From: an uncultured Planctomycetaceae bacterium
Lineage (GTDB): Bacteria; Planctomycetota; Planctomycetia; Planctomycetales; Planctomycetaceae
DNA: 64,000 nt
Assembly: GCA_963813715.1 (NCBI GenBank)
Contig: CAWFAK010000014.1
Span: forward strand, 1 to 64,000
Reading direction: 5' to 3'
The position numbers and the translations under genes were made by a program. Of this stretch, positions 44,496 through 55,415 are shown piece after piece (within the stretch, counting starts at the first letter, position 1; each line of letters starts with the position of its first letter). The notes beneath the pieces are model-generated. The model saw only the letters and a program-made list of their open reading frames with translations. It was not told the DNA's origin and did not search any database.

Positions 44496-44762
44496 ATGGC
44501 GACCAGATTTCACAGTGGCGACCGGGTGAGCATCGAATCGGGCGACTATGCGGGGAAGCTCGGAGTGATCGTGCCGCGTCGCAGCATCGACTACCAAGAG
44601 ACCCTGTGCGGCGCGATTCCACGGGTCGAAGGGGCCCAAGGACCTTTGGGCTGGCACGAAATGTTGGTGTGTCTGGATAGCGGAAAGGTTGTGCGAGTTC
44701 CGGCGGAGCATCTCGCGCAGCGGTCGGACAGCGAGTACCCGATTATCTTCCGGGCGGCCTGA
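44496..44762 (+). CDS. Small KOW/SH3-like protein
   Basis: GGAGG RBS; GDRVSIESGDYAGKLGVI is KOW-like. Confidence 0.6.
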   Translation: MATRFHSGDRVSIESGDYAGKLGVIVPRRSIDYQETLCGAIPRVEGAQGPLGWHEMLVCLDSGKVVRVPAEHLAQRSDSEYPIIFRAA

Positions 44763-45104
44763 CACACGTCGTGACCAACAAGCCTCAAGCCAGAAGAATT
44801 TTCTGGCGTTCGCACAAACCGGCAAAAACCGCCGAACCTTCTCCTAAAAGTTACAGCGCCCTCCTCGCTCGATGGTGCCGGCTTTCGCGACGAACGCGAA
44901 CGCTTCCCTCGGCCCCCAATCTCAGCGCTTCGGACCGACGCGAATTTCGACGAAACTGATCTTGGACGAATCTCGTTTTTGTGGCTGAATGGAGAGAGCG
45001 GATCTCGGCGCGAGCGGTTTTGTGCGCGCGGAGGGCAGTGATCGGCACGCAGTCAGTCCAAAGTCGAAGATCCGCCGAAGGCGTGGTCCAATGTCTTCGG
45101 ACCG

Positions 45105-46293
45105 GGCCCTCACCCCGGCTCTCTCCCATCCGAGGCGGACGGGCGAGGGGGAAGAGTGGGACGGGACAAGATCATCCTCACCCCGGCCCTCTCCGCTGGG
45201 ACAAAAAGGATCCCCGGCAGGGTGGGGATCCTTTTTTCACATAGAGGGAATAGCGGGAGAAAAAGATCCCCGGCGCGGCGGGACAAGTTGTCCCGCCGGG
45301 TCCGCCGAAAGTGGTCCCGCCGTGACGGGACTCTCACTTTTAATATAAGGGGGGCGCCGCAAACTGGTCCCACCGACGAGAGTCTGACCGGTCAGTGTCG
45401 ATCCGTTGAGTGGCGATCCGGCCCGGCAATCGGGACGGGACTCGGGGAATTCTAAGGTCCAAAGTCCAAGGTCCAATGTCGAAGATCAGAGGCTCGCAAT
45501 CCTGACTTTGGACTTTGGACGCGGGGACTTTGGACCGACGCCCGGGACGGGACACGATGTTTCACCGAGAAAAGCCCGGAGAAACTCTCGGGAGGACCGA
45601 AGCACCCGACAGCTGATCCGCCGCGGCGGATCGGCTCGCCAGGGCCGGGCGCGTTGGGGGAAGAGTGAGGCGGAAGGGTGGAAAGGCATTGGCCGGTGGG
45701 ACGGGTCACGTGCGCGATCGGGTCCCACGATCAATCAGGGACGGATTTGAACCACCAAGCCACCAAGATCACCAAGGCAAGCAAAGTCCGCTGAGCTTAG
45801 CGTCCCCCTTGGTGCTCTTGGTGGCTTGGTGGTTAGACATCCGGATTCAGTCCCGTCGCGACGGGACGGGACACGATGTTTCACCGAGAAAAGCCCGGAG
45901 AAACTCTCGGGAGGACCGAAGCACCCGACAGCTGATCCGCCGCGGCGGTCGGCTCGCCAGGGCCGGGCGCGTTGGGGAAGAGTGAGGTGGAGAGGTGGAA
46001 AGGCATTGGCCGGTGGGTCGGGACACTGTGTTTCACCCGGAAGATGACGCACGTTTCACTCGGATGATGACCCACCAAAGTCGTTGACCCGGCGCCCTCG
46101 CGGGACGGTGACCCATCGACAAAATTCACCAGAGACAGCGGGGGTGCGCCGGGCGACAGTTAAGAGCAGGAGTTTTGAACAGGAGGTAACGGAGGCAACA
46201 GAGGTTAGAGTGAAATGGCTTGGATCTTCCCTCTCTGTTAGCTCCGTTAACTCCTGTTCATACGCCCTTCCCGGGATCGTCGGGACGGGACAC
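45105..46293. repeat. Non-coding array of palindromes and direct repeats punctuated by GGGACGGGACAC
   Basis: Motif at 45158, 45432, 45544, 45698, 45863, 46015 and 46282. A ~165-bp direct repeat lies at 45544/45863. Confidence 0.85.
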
Positions 46294-46318
46294 GGAGGAA
46301 GTCGAAGTCCGAAGTCCG

Positions 46319-48024
46319 CTAGGTGGTGCCAGCCGTCTTCGCGAGGAACGCGAGCGCCTGGTACTCCGGCTTCCACTGCGCGGCGACGACGCGGTCTTGC
46401 AGCTCTGTCGGACTCGTCTGCGGCGCGACGCCGGCCCGCTGTGCCTCCAGGCCGACGGCTGTGGCGATCGCTCGGGCCACGGCTCGAATGTCGCGGAGGG
46501 CGGGCAGCAGCGAGCCCGACGGATCGGTGCGGGCCGGTGACTGTTCTCCCAGCGCTCGGGCCGCGGCCAGCATCATCCCGTCGGTCACTCGCCGGGCTCG
46601 CGCGGCGACGACGCCCAGGCCGACGGCCGGGAAGATGAAGACGTTGTTGCACTGCGCGATGGGGATCGTGCGGCCCTCGTAAGAGACGGGTGCGTAGGGG
46701 GAGCCGGTGGCGACGAGGGCCCGCCCGGCGGTCCAGCGGATCAGATCCTCGGCACTGGCCTCCGAGCGGGTGGTGGGGTTGGAGAGGGGGAAGATGACCG
46801 GTCGCTCGACCTTGCGGGCCATCTCGCGGACGATGGGCTCGGTGAACGCGCCGCCGACGGTCGAGAGGCCGATGAGGACGGTCGCTTCGATCTGCCCAAT
46901 GACGTCGGCCAGCCCGATGGTTCCGTGAGAGGTGCGCGGCCAATTGGCCACTCGTGCGGTGGGCTGGGCGTAGACCTGCTGCTCGGGCGGTGAGATCGGT
47001 GCGCCCGCTGTGGAGCAAGCCGTCCTTGTCCACCAACCAGAATCGGCTGCGGGCCTCGGCCTCGGAAAGTCCGTCCTGCACCAGGGCCGCGCGCAGGTAA
47101 TCGGCGACGCCGACTGCGGCCGACCCGGCGCCGAGGAATACGATCTGCTGGTCGCGGAGTCGCTTGCCGGTGACGCCGATGGCGCCCAGGATCGCGCCCA
47201 ACGCGACGGCCGCCGTCCCTTGGATGTCGTCGTTGAACGTCAGCAGTTGGTCGCGATAGCGGTCGAGGATCGGTCGCGCATGCGGCGTCGCGAAGTCCTC
47301 CCACTGCAGGCAGACGTCGGGCAGCTCCTGCTGGACGGCCTGGACGAACTGGTCGACAAAGTCGAGGTAGGCCTGCCCGGTGACCCGCTCGTGGCGCCAG
47401 CCGACGTACTCGGGGTCGTGCAGTCGCTCGGCGTTGTTGGTTCCGACGTCGAGCACGATGGGCAGGGTCCGTTCGGGGCGAATGCCGCCGATGAGCGTGT
47501 AAAGCGAGAGCTTGCCGATCGGAATGCCGAGGCCGCCGGCCCCCTGGTCGCCGATGCCCAGGATCCGCTCGCCGTCGGTGACGACGATCACATCCACTTC
47601 GTGATGGGGGCGATTGCGCAAGAGCGTCGGGATTGTGTCACGCAGCGGGTAAGAGATGAGAGGCCGCGCGGCCGACGATAGATGTGGCTGAACTGCTCGC
47701 ACGCCAGCGCCACCACCGGCGTATAGACCATCGGAGTCATTTCCTCGATGTGCTTCAGCAGCAGCCGAGTAGAACAAGACCTCATTCGTGTCCTGCAGGG
47801 CTCGGAGATAAATGTGCCGCTCGAGGTCTTCGTCCTTGCGTCGATACGCCTCGTAGGCGCGAACCAACTGCTCGTCGAGCGTCTCGATCGACCGGCGGCA
47901 ACAGCCCGTGCAGCCGAAGGTCACCGCGCTCGGCCTCCGTAAAGGCCGTCCCCTTGTTCAGAGTGGAACGGTTGAGCAGGCTGACGCCCCAGGTGCCGTC
48001 GTGAGGAGTTGGAATCGCGGTCAT
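46319..48024 (-). CDS. maeA: NAD-dependent malic enzyme (several frameshifts)
   Basis: [59 protein letters not shown] and QCNN motifs. Confidence 0.93.
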
Positions 48025-48270
48025 GGTCGAGTCTCCTTCTGTCTCGAGGTCACTGACTCACTCGAATTCACGGACTTCCTTCTCACCGACTTCCATGGTG
48101 ATAAGAGGAGGAGCCGGACATCGGGTCCGAGAGGGCCGTCTCAACCGATACCGCCGGACCCAGCGTGATCGGCTTCAACAACGGCAGCGCCTGCCCTGCG
48201 CGGGTGAACACCGCGCGAGTGAGATGGTGGAGTCGACGACAATCTCTTTACACCAGGGCGTTGGAGGTCG

Positions 48271-49395
48271 TCAACGAATTTCAGCGGCTTCGCTTGGAGC
48301 ATCCCACAGTTTAAGCGTGTTATCCCAACTTCCGCTGACGATCCGTTTCCCATCAGGACTGAACGCCACGCACATAACACCACCTGTGTGTCCCTTGAGC
48401 GTGCGGGTTTCCCGGCCGGTCGTCGCGTCCCACAATTTCATCGTCGAGTCGTTGCTTCCGCTGAGGATCCATTTCCCATTCGGGCTGAAGGCCACACTCC
48501 AGACTCGATCCGTGTGCCCCTTGAGCGTGCGGGTTTCCTGCCCGCTGGCTGCGTCCCACACTCTGACCGTGTGGTCGTCACTTCCGCTAACGATCCGTTT
48601 CCCATCCGGGCTGAACGCCACGCTCCTGATCGAACCTGTGTGCCCCTTGAACATGAGGGCTTCCTTGCCAGTCGTCACGTCCCAAACCTTCAGCGTCCTG
48701 TCGTGACTTCCACTGACGATGCGTTTCCCATCAGGGCTGAACGCCTCGCACACCACTGCTTCGTTGTGCCCCTTGAGCGTTAGGGTTTCCTCGCCGCTGG
48801 CGGCATCCCACATCTTGAACTTCCAGTACCCATTTCCACTAGCGATCCATTTTCCATCAGGGCTGAATGCCACGCACATTACGAAATTCTCTGTCCCGAG
48901 AGTGAGAATTTCTTGGCCGTTCGTGGCGTCCCACACCTTGGGCGGGATGTCCCAACTTCCACTAACGATCCTTTGTCCATCAGGGCTGAACGCCACGCTC
49001 CGCACTACATCTTGGTGCGAGTTGAACGTGAGAATTTCCTGGCCGTTGGTGGCGTCCCAAACCTTAACCAGGTTGTCCTGGCTTCCACTAACGATTCGTT
49101 TCCCATCCGGGCTGAACGCCACGCTCCTGACCGACTTTGTGTGGCCCTTGAGCGTGGTGGCCGCCTCTTTCAACTGCTTGTGGAGTGCCGACGAAAATCT
49201 GTCTGCTCCGGGTCCGTTGAGGGTCAACTCTTCTTCACGAATACCTGCGTCACGCAGGTTAGGCACGGAAGCCGTCTCGGAACCCGGTGGCCGCAAAGCA
49301 TGGTTTGCTACGAAAGAAAACACCAAAGCAGCCAAGGCAACGAACAGGATCAAGCTCGTTCTAATTTTCTCGGCAACTGAAGTTCGCGTGGTCAT
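48271..49395 (-). CDS. WD40 repeat protein with N-terminal TM
   Basis: Seven GH...VAFSPDGKRIVSGSxDxTxKxWD-type repeats. Confidence 0.93.
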   Translation of the reverse strand: MTTRTSVAEKIRTSLILFVALAALVFSFVANHALRPPGSETASVPNLRDAGIREEELTLNGPGADRFSSALHKQLKEAATTLKGHTKSVRSVAFSPDGKRIVSGSQDNLVKVWDATNGQEILTFNSHQDVVRSVAFSPDGQRIVSGSWDIPPKVWDATNGQEILTLGTENFVMCVAFSPDGKWIASGNGYWKFKMWDAASGEETLTLKGHNEAVVCEAFSPDGKRIVSGSHDRTLKVWDVTTGKEALMFKGHTGSIRSVAFSPDGKRIVSGSDDHTVRVWDAASGQETRTLKGHTDRVWSVAFSPNGKWILSGSNDSTMKLWDATTGRETRTLKGHTGGVMCVAFSPDGKRIVSGSWDNTLKLWDAPSEAAEIR

Positions 49396-49565
49396 GGCGA
49401 AACCCCCACTCGCTCGGGGCGGCTGACATCTGGCTGGATGCCTAACTCGTGAATGCTTTGGATCACACAACAGATGTTGTGGCACAGGATCTTACACCAA
49501 GACTCATTTTTCATCGCCGCGTCCGCGCGGCTGCGGATGTGGTCGCGGAACTTCGACTTTATCAA
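49392..49565 (-). pseudogene. C-terminal remnant of a DDE transposase
   Basis: IKSKFRDHIRSR...MKNE..CKILCHNICCVI resembles the region after the catalytic Glu of IS4/IS5-like transposases. Confidence 0.6.
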
Positions 49566-50768
49566 CCGGGAAGGCCCGGTTGCGCACCGTGTCGACAACT
49601 GTTAACAGCCTGGAGTCGCTGATCGTCTCGCGGTAGAGGGCGCCCATCGATGGGTCGACGTGACCCATGATGAAATCGACCGCAACCGGATCTTTCGACT
49701 CCTCGGCCCACGTCTTGAAGTTGTGCCGCAGGGTATAGAAGTTCCGGTGCGAATTGATGCGGAGCCCATTCAAGAGCTTGCGAAATGCCTGGGAAAGCGC
49801 ATCGAGGGAAACCACCGCGTCAACCTTGCGCTTCTGTTGGCGCGCACCCAGCGCCGCCCTTGCTTGGTCAGGAACACGAGCATAGCGTCAGCCGGGTTCT
49901 TGGGCTCGGGTCGCGCGGCAATCGCTAGCCGGAGCGCTGCGGCCGTCTCGGGCCACAACGGTACCCGCCGGTGAATGCCAGTCTTCGGGCGCGGAAGGTC
50001 AATCCAACCACCAGCGAAGTCAACGGCGGTTTGTGGCAGCGTCGCGCAGTTTGTGTTGCCGAAACCGCAATTAAGGCCCAACAACGTCATCGCTCTCAAC
50101 TGAACGTCGGCCGCGGCGAGGATGAGGGTCACTTCATCGAGGTTAAACAGCCGCGCCCCGTGCGCGTGTTGAGCCTTGCGCAGTGACTTCGCAGATGGAC
50201 GATCGAACGACTGGCCATAGTGGACTGGCCGGTCTATCAGCCGTTGGTCTGCCGCATACTTGAGCACCACGCGGCAACGGTTGATTTCGTTCTTGAGAGT
50301 GAGCAGCCCACGAGTTTTCGCGAGCGTTTTGCGCAGCGACTCGAAATCGTCGGGCCGCAAATCATCAACGCGCCTGTCTCGCCCAATATGCTTAATTAAC
50401 AGGTCGCTCGTATTGAAGTAGTTTTGAAATGAGCGGGCCGACAGCTCGCCGCTTTCCAGTTGGGAACGCTTGCTCGCAAGGAACGCATTACAGAGCAGCC
50501 CCACCGTGCAACCGTCGCCCGTGTCGATCGGGGGAGGCGTGCGACCATCTTTGAGATAAGGCCAATCGCGATTGAATCGCTCGAGCGCGGCCCCCGGCGA
50601 ATCGAGTTTGCCGAAGTAGACGAGCTTGCCCCGAATCTTCTTGCACCATCGCCCGGATGGATGCGGCGTCAGGGGGAAACCGGCGTAGGGCTTCGCCGTT
50701 TTCGCTGACGACCGGAGCAAGCTTTTGGGCGGCTTGCGAGGGGACGTTGAGTTGCTAGACTTGGCCAC
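49504..50768 (-). CDS. Tyrosine recombinase/integrase, planctomycete type (frameshift near 49830)
   Basis: KPYAGFPLTPHPSGRWCKKIRGKLVYFG N-domain, then PRPKTG, FYTLRH, IMGH and LYRE. Confidence 0.88.
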
Positions 50769-50792
50769 GTGGCAACCTCGGTTAACGGCGTT

Positions 50793-50874
50793 GGTTGTCG
50801 CTGACAACCGGGTCATCCGCCCGGTTGTCGCTTTTATGTGCCTCGAGAGTAGTGGTTGTCGCAACGGTTGTCGA
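50793..50874. promoter_or_regulatory. Four direct GGTTGTCG repeats plus one inverted partial copy; putative integrase arm-type sites
   Basis: Copies at 50793, 50823, 50854 and 50866; GACAACC at 50803. Confidence 0.55.
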
Positions 50875-50929
50875 TTGATCGGGGCAGCGAGAAGCGAAAA
50901 GTCAGCGATGCCCTTACTCTAAAGGGCAA

Positions 50930-51003
<74 letters not shown>

Positions 51004-51359
51004 CTTCAAATGTGCTGAGAGCGGGCCTCACGCGCATCTTCGCGAGGGAATTGACGGGTGCGCCAGGGGTCATTCCGGCAACTCCTTTTTGGGAGTCGGA
51101 GTCATCGACCCGAACGGGCTGGTAGTCGGCGTCAATCGACTTGCGGACGGACCAGCTCGCAACGTTGGAGGGCACCTCTTCGATCCGGCCAAGATCCGCG
51201 CATTTTTGGGCCGCTGGTCCGCTCCCGGGGCGTCAAGTAGCCGCCCCTAATCCGGAAAAAGAATTCACTTGGGAACTTTCGCGATTGGGGGTAGTCTAAA
51301 TCCCGGCAGATTGTTTTCGCCGCTCGGCGACGATCATCCACTCGTGCAGAGGAGCTTCC

Positions 51360-53785
51360 GTGGCCGGACCGCAGTACCGCGTGCAATCCCCTTGGGTCGC
51401 GCTAGTCGGGGGCGTCTTACTGCTCTTTCAGATCGTGGCTCAGCCCTTCGCGAAGGCAGCTCCTCCGGGAGACTCGGCCAACGAGCGGTCGCAGACGCTT
51501 GCCAGCATCCTCGCGTCGTGGAAGGCCCGGCAGGAGCGAGTGAATTGTTTCCACTTCTCCTGGGATAGTCGCGTGGTGTTGCCCAAGGGATACCTGTACG
51601 GCAACGGGCTCGTCGGCGGCCTGCGGGCAGACGGTACGGAGGTGGACGACGCGCCCGAGTTCTCGATCCTCGATTCGAGTTTCTGGGTGGAAGGCCAGGA
51701 GCGGATTCGCGACGACTTCCCGGAATTGCGCTACCTCGCTCCGAAGGATCGGAGACAAACGGCCCGCATTCGCAAAATCGTCGATGGAAAGACGGTTTCA
51801 CGCCTTGCCACCCCGCTCGAACCAAGCCGATCTCCGCAATTGGCAATCTGGGGACAGGCGAGCGCCTCGAATCCGTCTCCCTTCGCCTATTACGAGAGCT
51901 ACGCGTGGCGGGATCCCCGGACTCTGGATTGGGGACCGATTTGCCTGACGTTTCGCTCGCTCAATCCGATTCTAGGCTGGGCTGCGACGGATCGCTGTCG
52001 CATCGTCGGGGAAGAAGTGCTCGACAAGGTCCGCTGTATCAAGGTGCAGATGGACGAGTTGGACCGTTCCGAAATGTGCTGGGTCGATCCGACCCGGGAC
52101 AACATCGTCGTCCGCTGGGAAAAGCGGCAAGGCTTCTTCTCCCCGACCTCGATCGCCATCGATTACCGACAGGACAAGCAGCACGGCTGGGTCCCCGTGC
52201 ACTGGAAACGAGATCTGCCCGCATTCAACTCGCCACTCCGCGGCAAGATTGAATCGACCGTCACTCGATACACGATTAACGAAAAGCTTCCCGCCGACAC
52301 CTTTGCCTGCTCCTCTCCGCCGGGCACCATGGTCTGCAATGTGGCGATGAGCGGTTCGCCCCTCGCGCCGCCTGAGTCCGCCGAGCCTCGGGCGACTGCC
52401 TCCAAAGCGAACGGAGTGCAAGTGTTGCCGGCTGCGGACACGAAACCGGTTGCGCCTCCGTCGATGGAGGCAATCGCCGCCATCTGGACGAAGAGGCAGT
52501 CGAGCACAAAGTCGTTCAAGTTCAGCTGGAAGGGGGAGCAAATCAGGGCGCGGAGCCACACCATAGAGCCGGTCCATTCGGTCCTGGTCGACGGCAACAA
52601 GTTCGCGTACGTCGAAGACAATGATCCATATCGCCCCGACGTCGCTCAGTACATTATCGATCGCGAAGGGGGCGCGACGGCTCGCCGACGCGTTGAGTCC
52701 TCGCAGCCCCGCGGCTCGGTGGCGATCGGGCCACCGGCCCGCGTCGCCTTTGACGGAACCTCGACGCGGACTTACCGTGCCCTCAACGATCCGCTCATCA
52801 CAGGCGTCGGGTATCTCCGTCCGGGTTTTCACGTTAGCCAGATCCACCGCCCGGGGCCCGAGTGCATGCTGCTGACGTTTCGCCCGCTCGATCCTTTTTT
52901 AGGCAGCATCGATACTGCCGGTTTTCGCGTCCTGCCGGAGCGGGGCAAACTCGGCGACGTTTCGTGCGTCATCATCGAATCAATCGAAGACGGGCGGGCG
53001 GCCACCCGCACCTCCTACTGGCTCGATCCGGCGCCGACTACATCGTACTCTGCAAGCACCAGACGAACCGCGGTCGCGATACGCAGCGGATGGATATCAC
53101 CTATCGCCGAGACCCGGTCGCCGGCTGGGTCCCCACCGGTTGCAAAGTGGCAACGGTGAGCGCCGTCGGCATGTCTTGCACCGTGAATTCCTGCACAATT
53201 TCCGACGTGTCGATCAATCAGCCGGTCGCACCTCAAGAATTCTTGGTCGACTTTCCAAAGGGGACCACAGTCCACGAGCAGCCGCGGGGAAATACCGCCC
53301 AGGACACCGGCGTAATTCCCATCCACTTGCATTTGGGCGGCGTCCGCCGGGACAACCGGCGACGACGCACTCCGGACGCCCATGCGAAACCCGTGTTCAA
53401 CCCGTTTGCCGACGCCATGGCCGACGTCGATGCCGCGATCAAGTTGGTGGACGCGACCCATAAGAAAGTGCTGGTGCTCGTGGGCGACAATGGGCAGCCC
53501 GAGGCGCTGCAGGTCTACACCATTTTGACGGAGGATCCCGACGTTGCGCCCTTTGTCAGCAAGGCGTTTGTCCTGGTGCTCGTCGATTTGTGCAGCGATT
53601 CGGGAGGAACGGTGCAGGACAAGTACTTCCAGGCGCCGCAACGCCAGGGGTTCCCCCACATTGGCCTGCTCGACAACAACGCCGAGATCCTGCAGTACCA
53701 GCCGTTGTCGTGGTTCCGGGGAGACGACGACTTCGATCCCCACCGGATCAAAAAGCTGCTTTCGTACTTCGTGACATCCGAGTGA
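51360..53785 (+). CDS. Secreted hypothetical protein with a duplicated domain and a thioredoxin-like C-terminus (frameshift near 53035)
   Basis: Signal peptide, two copies of W..RQ...F.FSW / LTFR.L.P / W(V/L)DP / Y..D...GWVP, and KKVLVLVG...GFPHIGLLD. Confidence 0.7.
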
Positions 53786-53858
53786 CGACCGCACGATGTC
53801 GGCGTTTCGACTCGCGGCGCAGTGTGGTCGCGCTGATGGTGCGCACCTGGGGAAGTGA

Positions 53859-55415
53859 CTAACGGGCGGTGGGCGTGACGTCGTGCGGCCGCACAAGCTC
53901 GTCGAGCTGCTCGAGCACGTTGCTCGAACCGGATGTTGCCTTGCTTGAACGAATGGTTGGCAGGGGCACGCGGGCCGTCGCGCGGAGATGCTCGGCCAGT
54001 AGTGTCAGCATGCGCTCGACGCGCTGGGCGTTCTCCGGACGCGAGCTGACGTCGGTCAGCTCGTGCGCGTCATTTTCGAGATCGTAGAGCCGAATCTTGC
54101 GGCCGGGGAGCGGGGGCCCCGGATCGTAGCCGTCGGTGCGGCGGCGCTGGCCCCGCTCGAAGATCAGTTTCCAACGGTCATCGCGGACAGCCGCTTCATC
54201 GTTGGGAGCGTATTCGATGAAGACCTGTTGGCGATGAGTGGTGATGCCGCCGGTCAGTACGCCGCGAAGCGAGCGCCCCTGGACGTTCGACGGAATGGGC
54301 ACGCCGCACAAATCAAGCACCGTCGGCACGATGTCGATAAATTCGACCAGCGCGCGGCTGACGGAGTCGGAGCGCACCGTGCTCGGGCAACGCATCAAGA
54401 GAGCGCCGCGGACCGCTTCCTCGTAGCTGCAATGCTTCTCGAACCGCCCGTGCTGACCGAGCAGGTAGCCGTGGTCGCCCGTGTAGATTACCAGCGTATG
54501 ATCCGCCTGGCCCGACTTGTCGAGCGCCGCCAGCACGCGGCCGACGTTGCGATCGAGAAAAGCGACCGACGTGTAGTAGGCGGCGGCGATCCCCTGTTTT
54601 TCGTGGGGCGTCAAGCTGCGGAAGATGGCCGGAATTTGCCAGGCGTCGCTCGGTAGGACGCGCGGCACGTCGAATTCCTGCGGATCGAACCGGCCGCGAT
54701 CCTCGATCGGAAAATTGAATGGGGAGTGCGGCTCGTAGAAGCTGACAAACAGAAAGAACGGCTTGGCGTGCGGTTCACTCAAGAAACGTTCCGCGTGTGC
54801 CGCGAAATAGGTCCCGGACATATCGACATCGACGGCCGGCGCGGGGAGCGTGGCCGCATTCAACCAGATGCGGGCCGGATCCTTAAACGGTTTCCAGGGC
54901 GGTTGCACGCGAACGTCTGTCGGAATTCGCCTTTTGCCGCGGGCTTTGAGGGCGGACGCAAAATCGGCCAGATCCAGTCGCTGTTGAAAGCCGTGCGTCA
55001 ACGGGCTGTTGAAGTGCATCTTGCCAAACGCGGCCGTGTCGTAGCCCGCCTCTTTGAGCAGGTCTCCCAGCGTGACGTCGCCGGCCGGCAGCGGAGTGCT
55101 AAGCTCGGTGACGCCGAGCGTCCGCGGATAGCGGCCCGTGATGAACGACTGCCGCGACGCGGTGCAGACGGGCGAATTGCAGAACGCGCGATCGAACCGC
55201 ATTCCGCCTGCCGCCAACCGGTCGAGGTTCGGCGTCTGGACCCGGCGATTCCCATACGCGCCCATCACGTAAGGCGCGTGATCGTCGGCGCAGATCCAGA
55301 GCACGTTGAGGCGCGGGGCGGTTTCGGCGGCGCGAACCGGCGCTGCCGCGGTCACGAAGGTGGCCGCGATCAGCACCAGGATCCGAGCGCCCGCGAGTTT
55401 GCAGCTCTCGATCAC
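53859..55415 (-). CDS. Sulfatase (Cys-type, choline-sulfatase-like)
   Basis: NVLWICADDH, TPNLDRLA, CTASRQSFITGRY, GKMH, EPHSPF and GDHG motifs. Confidence 0.92.
   Translation of the reverse strand: MIESCKLAGARILVLIAATFVTAAAPVRAAETAPRLNVLWICADDHAPYVMGAYGNRRVQTPNLDRLAAGGMRFDRAFCNSPVCTASRQSFITGRYPRTLGVTELSTPLPAGDVTLGDLLKEAGYDTAAFGKMHFNSPLTHGFQQRLDLADFASALKARGKRRIPTDVRVQPPWKPFKDPARIWLNAATLPAPAVDVDMSGTYFAAHAERFLSEPHAKPFFLFVSFYEPHSPFNFPIEDRGRFDPQEFDVPRVLPSDAWQIPAIFRSLTPHEKQGIAAAYYTSVAFLDRNVGRVLAALDKSGQADHTLVIYTGDHGYLLGQHGRFEKHCSYEEAVRGALLMRCPSTVRSDSVSRALVEFIDIVPTVLDLCGVPIPSNVQGRSLRGVLTGGITTHRQQVFIEYAPNDEAAVRDDRWKLIFERGQRRRTDGYDPGPPLPGRKIRLYDLENDAHELTDVSSRPENAQRVERMLTLLAEHLRATARVPLPTIRSSKATSGSSNVLEQLDELVRPHDVTPTAR

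Noticed and set aside
45558..46060. parS sites (TGTTTCAC)
   Set aside because: Only half-sites are present; there is no TGTTTCACGTGAAACA palindrome.
45105..46293. CRISPR array
   Set aside because: The repeat is only 10-12 bp, the spacing is long and irregular, and there are no cas genes.
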